Assembly (NCBI GenBank): GCA_019057375.1
Contig: DXJF01000028.1
Location: 1-20,347, forward strand
DNA: 20,347 bases
Source: Candidatus Heimdallarchaeota archaeon
GTDB lineage: Archaea > Asgardarchaeota > Heimdallarchaeia > Heimdallarchaeales > Heimdallarchaeaceae
Direction of reading: 5' to 3'
In this document: piece after piece, positions 16,144-20,347 of the stretch
How the letters are laid out: each line of letters starts with the position of its first letter
How positions within the stretch are numbered: position 1 is the stretch's first letter
Notes under the pieces: model-generated
Databases searched by the model: none
What the model saw: only the letters and a program-made list of their open reading frames with translations
What the model was told of the DNA's origin: nothing
Position numbers and translations under genes: made by a program

Positions 16144-17109
16144 TTATAACCTCTCCAATAATTTATCAATCTTTTTTCTCCTCTCCAACAATCTATTTCT
16201 GATAAAAGATTTCAACATTTTTCTGTCTTCTTTGGATTCTGCAGCATCAAGGTGTTCGTCTAACAACTCAGGATGACTTACTATAACATTTAATCTTGGA
16301 TTAGCTAGTCCTTGATCCATCATCATATGAACAAAGGGTCTAGCGTGAGATTTTCCTTTGAAGGAATGTATTTTCTTCTTGAATTCGGGAGATAAATCTT
16401 TTAACAGTTTGAGAAAAATTTTTCGGAAGGGAAGCAACCTGGATGATAATATACCTTCAGTTCCATGAAAAATATTTTCTCTTTCTGATTCAAAAATGAA
16501 CGAAGAAATATCCATAAGGGAAGCCATAACTCTCGATAGAGATTCTCGACCTATTTCTGTTATAGAGTAAATTTTCTTCAATCTATCACCTTCTGAATCT
16601 TTTCTCACAAATTCTATCAAACCATTTTTTTCCAGTGATTCTATTGTAGGATATATACCACTGATATTGCTCCAAATAACTGAGGTTTCTTTCATATTCT
16701 TAATGGATCCTTCGAGAGCCTCAATTATCTCATCAATATAATTCAAGTCTTCTTTATTAATCTCGTAGTTTTCTACAAGCATTTGGTTAAATCTCAGATT
16801 ATATTTGAAAATAGGACAATCATCTATTTTCTCTCTTAAACTCTTTCTATTCACCTCAAAAGCTGAAGAGTTTGCTTTTAACTGTGAAAAAAATTTCTTC
16901 ATCTCATATAAAATGTCCAAATGACTTTGAAGAAATATTGCTCCTCGATTCCTTTTCTCAAAAAGAATTTCAGAAGCTTTCGAACGCATTTCATAAGCGT
17001 GAGAACCATCAGGAGATTTAGCAAGATGGAGAAGAATGGCTACTTCTCCTAATCTTCTAATAAATCTTTCTTCATATTTTCCTACAATATCTTTTGAGTT
17101 AGTTTCCAT
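16144..17109 (-). CDS. PadR-family transcriptional regulator with a large internal insertion and a long C-terminal extension (321 aa from ATG 17109; the ORF track starts at GTG 17118)
   Basis: EVAILLHLAKSPDGSHAYEM (PadR helices 1-2) and SGIYPTIESLEKNGLI...GDRLKKIYSITEIGRESL (recognition helix and wing). AGTGAT SD-like element precedes ATG 17109. Confidence 0.8.
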   Translation of the reverse strand: METNSKDIVGKYEERFIRRLGEVAILLHLAKSPDGSHAYEMRSKASEILFEKRNRGAIFLQSHLDILYEMKKFFSQLKANSSAFEVNRKSLREKIDDCPIFKYNLRFNQMLVENYEINKEDLNYIDEIIEALEGSIKNMKETSVIWSNISGIYPTIESLEKNGLIEFVRKDSEGDRLKKIYSITEIGRESLSRVMASLMDISSFIFESERENIFHGTEGILSSRLLPFRKIFLKLLKDLSPEFKKKIHSFKGKSHARPFVHMMMDQGLANPRLNVIVSHPELLDEHLDAAESKEDRKMLKSFIRNRLLERRKKIDKLLERL

Positions 17110-17126
17110 AATGATCACTTGCTATG

Positions 17127-17885
17127 CTAACTTCTAAATGGATTAATCCTGTCTCTAGAAATTTCTCCATCTGTAATCATTACATCCCTAGAAGAGAATT
17201 CAGCAAGTTTTGGATCATGGGAGACAGCTAATATAGTAACCCCATTTTCTTTGTTGACCTTTCTAAGTAATTCTAATACTTCTCCACCTGTCTGTGAATC
17301 TAAGTTACCTGTGGGTTCATCAGCTAAGACAATTGGAGGGTCATTAATCAAAGCTCGACATATAGCTACTCGTTGCTTCTGACCTCCCGAAAGCTCAGCT
17401 GGTCTATGATGCATACGATCTTCAAGACCTGCAATTTTGAGAAGTTCCTTTGCTCGTTTTCTGTCTGATTTCTTAATACCATATGGTAAAAGAGGTAAGA
17501 GAACATTTTCAAGAGCAGATATTTTATCAATGAGAAAAATATCTTGAAAAACAAAGCCAATTTTATTTCTTCTTACTTCGCTTAATTTTCGCTGAGGCAT
17601 CTGAGTAATCTCTGTACCATCAATGAAGACTTCCCCACTTGTTGAAGGAGCCATGCACCCTAGAATAGTAAGTAAAGTAGATTTACCAGATCCGCTTGGA
17701 CCCATTATTGTGATAAATTCTCCTCTATTAACTTTGAAATTTACTCCTTTTAATGCTTTAACTTCTGCTGGTGTATTTTCAAAGAATTTTCTCCATAGAT
17801 CCTTGATCTCAATGATAAGATCACCAAAATCCTGATTCGTTCCAGTTTCAATTTCTACTGTTTTCGTTTCTTCTATGCTTGCCAT
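17127..17885 (-). CDS. ABC transporter ATP-binding protein, LolD/MacB family (252 aa from ATG 17885; the ORF track starts at GTG 17894)
   Basis: Motifs VKALKGVNF, GPSGSGKST, IGFVFQ, HHRPAELSGGQKQRVAICRAL, VLADEPTGNLD and VSHD. SD AGGTGAT (17896-17890) overlaps the upstream TAG stop. Confidence 0.96.
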   Translation of the reverse strand: MASIEETKTVEIETGTNQDFGDLIIEIKDLWRKFFENTPAEVKALKGVNFKVNRGEFITIMGPSGSGKSTLLTILGCMAPSTSGEVFIDGTEITQMPQRKLSEVRRNKIGFVFQDIFLIDKISALENVLLPLLPYGIKKSDRKRAKELLKIAGLEDRMHHRPAELSGGQKQRVAICRALINDPPIVLADEPTGNLDSQTGGEVLELLRKVNKENGVTILAVSHDPKLAEFSSRDVMITDGEISRDRINPFRS

Positions 17886-17894
17886 CGTAATCAC

Positions 17895-19211
17895 CTAACT
17901 TCCTTGCAAGACCTCCATAGGTCTAACAGAACTGGCTCTAATACCAGGATATAGTCCTCCGAGAATGCCTATCGTCATTGCGATACCTATAGCAGTAAAG
18001 ATAATTCCAGGTGTAATAATAGCTGACATCACGCCCATCGGAATCATTGTTTCTAGACCGTTTATCGCACCCAATGCTAAAAGAATGCCAACAATTGATC
18101 CTACTACTCCTAGAATAACACTTTCAACTATAACAGAGAAAATAATGTGTCCTTCTTTCCAACCTGTCGCTTTAAGTATTGCAAATTCCTTCGAACGAGA
18201 TTCCACACCAACAAGTTGAGCAATGATAACCCCCATGCTTCCTGATATCACTATAACGATTGAAACTATGGTCATAACAACATTTTGAGTTTGCATTAAG
18301 TCATCCATAGTCTCAAGAGCTGATGCTAATGATAAAGTAGAAAATTCCATTCCTGAATATTGTTCTTCTAAATATCCAACTAGTTCATCAATAAATTCAC
18401 CGACATCATTTGAATTTGTGATTGATGTACGAACTGCTACGATGTTTGTACTTGTGTTTGAAAATAGGGTACTATCCAACCCTCTACTTTCATAATGTAG
18501 AAAATGAGATGTCGTATCATTTCGTAGGAGTTCAGTCAAGATATTCTGGCTAACTTGTAATGGAACATATATATCATATCCTGTAACCATAATCGATTGT
18601 TGCATCCCACCAAGTTCCGCAGAAGTAATTCCTGTTATTTCCACATCATAGGAATAACTAGTATTGACAAGAATGGAAAAGGTCTTTCCAATATCAAATA
18701 CTTCAGAATTATTCTCATAAAGTGAATAAGGAATTATACACTCGTTCAAACTTGCGTTAAAATATTCGGAACCTTCTGTAAGTTCATCAAGTTCAGAATA
18801 CACTTCCATAAATAAATCAAGATCTTCAATTCCTCTAACAGTTATACCCATAGGCGTTCCAAAAAGCGTTTTGCCTAAAATCGTTGTATAATTGTTGACA
18901 GTAGATGGTAAAGTTTGTTCTGAAGCTACTGCTATAATTTCTTCACTTCGATTAAAATCCATAATTGTTTCAGTGATATTGCCTGGAAGTTGAGAAGCAA
19001 ATGATGCAGGAGCATTACTTTCTTGAATTTGAAAGGTTCCTACTAATTCTGAAAAAATGTCGTTAAAAGTTTCGTCCATTCCTGCAATAAAGGAATTAAT
19101 CGTTACTTGCATTGTTATCGCAACAGCTATACCTGTTATTGCTAAAGCTGCTACTATTTTCCTTCTAAACGCGTTTTTGAACGCGAATCCTGTTAATTTT
19201 AGTATTTTCAC
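17895..19211 (-). CDS. ABC transporter permease, MacB/FtsX (type VII) family
   Basis: FAFKNAFRRK plus TM1, a large sequon-rich extracellular domain, then three C-terminal TMs with RSKEFAILKATGW, ESVILGVVG and GLYPGIRASSVRPMEVL. GTG start. Confidence 0.93.
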   Translation of the reverse strand: MKILKLTGFAFKNAFRRKIVAALAITGIAVAITMQVTINSFIAGMDETFNDIFSELVGTFQIQESNAPASFASQLPGNITETIMDFNRSEEIIAVASEQTLPSTVNNYTTILGKTLFGTPMGITVRGIEDLDLFMEVYSELDELTEGSEYFNASLNECIIPYSLYENNSEVFDIGKTFSILVNTSYSYDVEITGITSAELGGMQQSIMVTGYDIYVPLQVSQNILTELLRNDTTSHFLHYESRGLDSTLFSNTSTNIVAVRTSITNSNDVGEFIDELVGYLEEQYSGMEFSTLSLASALETMDDLMQTQNVVMTIVSIVIVISGSMGVIIAQLVGVESRSKEFAILKATGWKEGHIIFSVIVESVILGVVGSIVGILLALGAINGLETMIPMGVMSAIITPGIIFTAIGIAMTIGILGGLYPGIRASSVRPMEVLQGS

Positions 19212-19237
19212 AAAACCAACCCATATTTAGAACATAT

Positions 19238-19259
19238 AATATTCAGTTTTCTGAATATT
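19238..19259. promoter_or_regulatory. Perfect inverted repeat, candidate operator of the five-gene ABC/PadR operon
   Basis: AATATTCAG-TTTT-CTGAATATT (9-bp arms, 4-nt spacer), followed by a near-copy half-site CTGAAATATT (19260-19269). It lies between a TATA-like box and the GTG start at 19211. Confidence 0.6.
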
Positions 19260-19273
19260 CTGAAATATTAGTA

Positions 19274-19282
19274 ATATAAAAA
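19274..19282 (-). promoter_or_regulatory. Candidate archaeal TATA box of the 19211-12137 operon
   Basis: Minus strand TTTTTATA. A start site about 25 nt downstream would fall within the inverted repeat. Confidence 0.45.
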
Positions 19283-19334
19283 TATATCTATTTGTCGGTT
19301 GAAAAAAGCAACAATGGGACCATACAATGAAGTA

Positions 19335-20347
19335 TCAAGTTTTAGTCCTCAGATAATCATTTACAATGATCTGATAACGTCCACTACTATTATCTAGATC
19401 TTGGATACAATAATCCAAATCAAGAAGTTTCAACGTTTCTTCTTTAGGGACCCCATCTTCTCTGAATCCAATATTTTTGTAGTATCCCTGAATCATTTCT
19501 TCAATAGGTAATGAAACACCCTTTAAGGGTCCTTTCTTCAGAGGCGGATCACCAATAAGCCTTTTTGGTATTTTATGTCTTATCGCACCTTCTCGAGCAT
19601 TAAACATCTGACGTAAGGTCTGGATTCTATGCCCTATCAGTAAGAATTCATCTGGGGTAAATTCCCATCCAAATACACTTTGTATGAGTTCAAAAAGAGG
19701 GTAGCTCCCACAAGCTAATGAGTAAGAACATAGTCCTAGAGCGTTAATACTTTGAGTGAACTGAACTGCTAATGCATGATTCTTTGTTGTTTTCTCTAGT
19801 TTTTTGTCGATTTTGAAATCATATTCCTTAGTAAAACGAGCTACTGGATGCAACATTAAAGTATCAATTCCACCCGCAGTATGTCTTCCAGGAGTAGGAT
19901 CTGAAACATATGTTGCACCAAACCATTTAATATATCTAGGATCATGCATCGGAATTTCTTGACCATTAGCATTCATAGCGTAATTCTTAGAACCTTCAAT
20001 TTTGTTGGAAGCAACCCAAGTACCATCAGCAAGAACATTTCCTATTCCTTCTCGATTGACCATCATTTCTAGGAGAGGGAAGATATACTCTGTCTCATAC
20101 CATTGGGGTAGAAAACCTTCTGGGAATTTCTCTGATTTGAAATCTTCTTTGGTTAGAAGTCCCTTTTCCACACATTCAAGAACAAAACTCAGAATTACTC
20201 CAGTGGAAATAGAATCCATCCCTTGACGATTCAAGTATTCATTGACCCTAATCATCATCATTGGATCTTCATTCAATATGTTACTACTCAGTGAAGCAAG
20301 TGTTTCATATTCAGGCATGTGAGAATCTTTCATCCCTAATTCAGGTA
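19335..20347 (-). CDS. aor: Aldehyde:ferredoxin oxidoreductase family (tungstopterin, AOR/FOR-like), C-terminal part; 5' end lies beyond the window
   Basis: Motifs PEYETL, QGMDSISTG, REGIGNVLADG, GQEIPMHDPR, ALGLC (4Fe-4S Cys), FNAREG, IPKRL and YYKNIGFREDGVPKEETLKLLDL. The frame is open upstream of the track's ATG 20333 to the window edge (PELG-MKDSH). Confidence 0.93.
   Translation of the reverse strand, partial: PELGMKDSHMPEYETLASLSSNILNEDPMMMIRVNEYLNRQGMDSISTGVILSFVLECVEKGLLTKEDFKSEKFPEGFLPQWYETEYIFPLLEMMVNREGIGNVLADGTWVASNKIEGSKNYAMNANGQEIPMHDPRYIKWFGATYVSDPTPGRHTAGGIDTLMLHPVARFTKEYDFKIDKKLEKTTKNHALAVQFTQSINALGLCSYSLACGSYPLFELIQSVFGWEFTPDEFLLIGHRIQTLRQMFNAREGAIRHKIPKRLIGDPPLKKGPLKGVSLPIEEMIQGYYKNIGFREDGVPKEETLKLLDLDYCIQDLDNSSGRYQIIVNDYLRTKT

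Noticed and set aside
16675-16962. Possibility that the PadR insertion is a mini-intein
   Set aside because: No N-terminal Cys/Ser block A, no TxxH block B and no terminal (H)N followed by C/S/T.
12322-18219. Short ORFs 12322-12531, 13608-13802, 14543-14842, 14843-15082, 15824-16027, 17366-17560, 17623-17835 and 17965-18219
   Set aside because: All lie antisense to, or out of frame within, clear ABC genes. None resembles a RiPP precursor, toxin or known small protein.
20002-20347. ORF 20002-20226 (+) and ATG 20333 as the aor start
   Set aside because: The first is an antisense shadow. The aor frame is open to the window edge and lacks the N-terminal domain, so 20333 is an internal Met.
1-20347. 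CRISPR array, tRNA/rRNA genes, transposase/IS, prophage genes, a biosynthetic gene cluster or a known anti-phage defence operon
   Set aside because: No regularly spaced repeats, structured-RNA signatures, or integrase, transposase, capsid or biosynthetic motifs were seen. Intergenic gaps are at most about 140 bp. The HD protein alone is not enough to claim anti-phage defence.

Overview
AT-rich prokaryotic window that looks archaeal: GGTGA/GGAGG ribosome-binding sites, TTTATA-type promoter boxes, a tungsten-type aldehyde:ferredoxin oxidoreductase, an intein, and extracellular domains rich in N-x-S/T sequons. An Asgard (Heimdallarchaeia-like) origin is an unverified inference. The window contains: (1) a UDP-glucose 6-dehydrogenase gene that the ORF track missed because it runs off the left edge, interrupted by an intein at its catalytic cysteine; (2) a divergent SAMHD1-like HD phosphohydrolase; (3) a small zinc-ribbon membrane protein and a C-terminally anchored surface protein; (4) an unusual MacB/FtsX-type (type VII) ABC system, made of a 1438-aa permease (predicted beta-propeller ectodomain plus duplicated FtsX core) and an ATPase with two NBDs joined by an AbrB-like segment, one NBD having a degenerate signature; (5) a membrane protein and an APH-like kinase with atypical catalytic residues; (6) a tightly coupled five-gene operon (MacB-like permease, LolD-like ATPase, PadR-like regulator with a large internal insertion, TM287/288-type heterodimeric exporter) behind a palindromic candidate operator; (7) the 3' part of an AOR-family gene. 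No rRNA, tRNA, CRISPR array or transposase was recognised. All motif calls come from manual reading, with no database searches.
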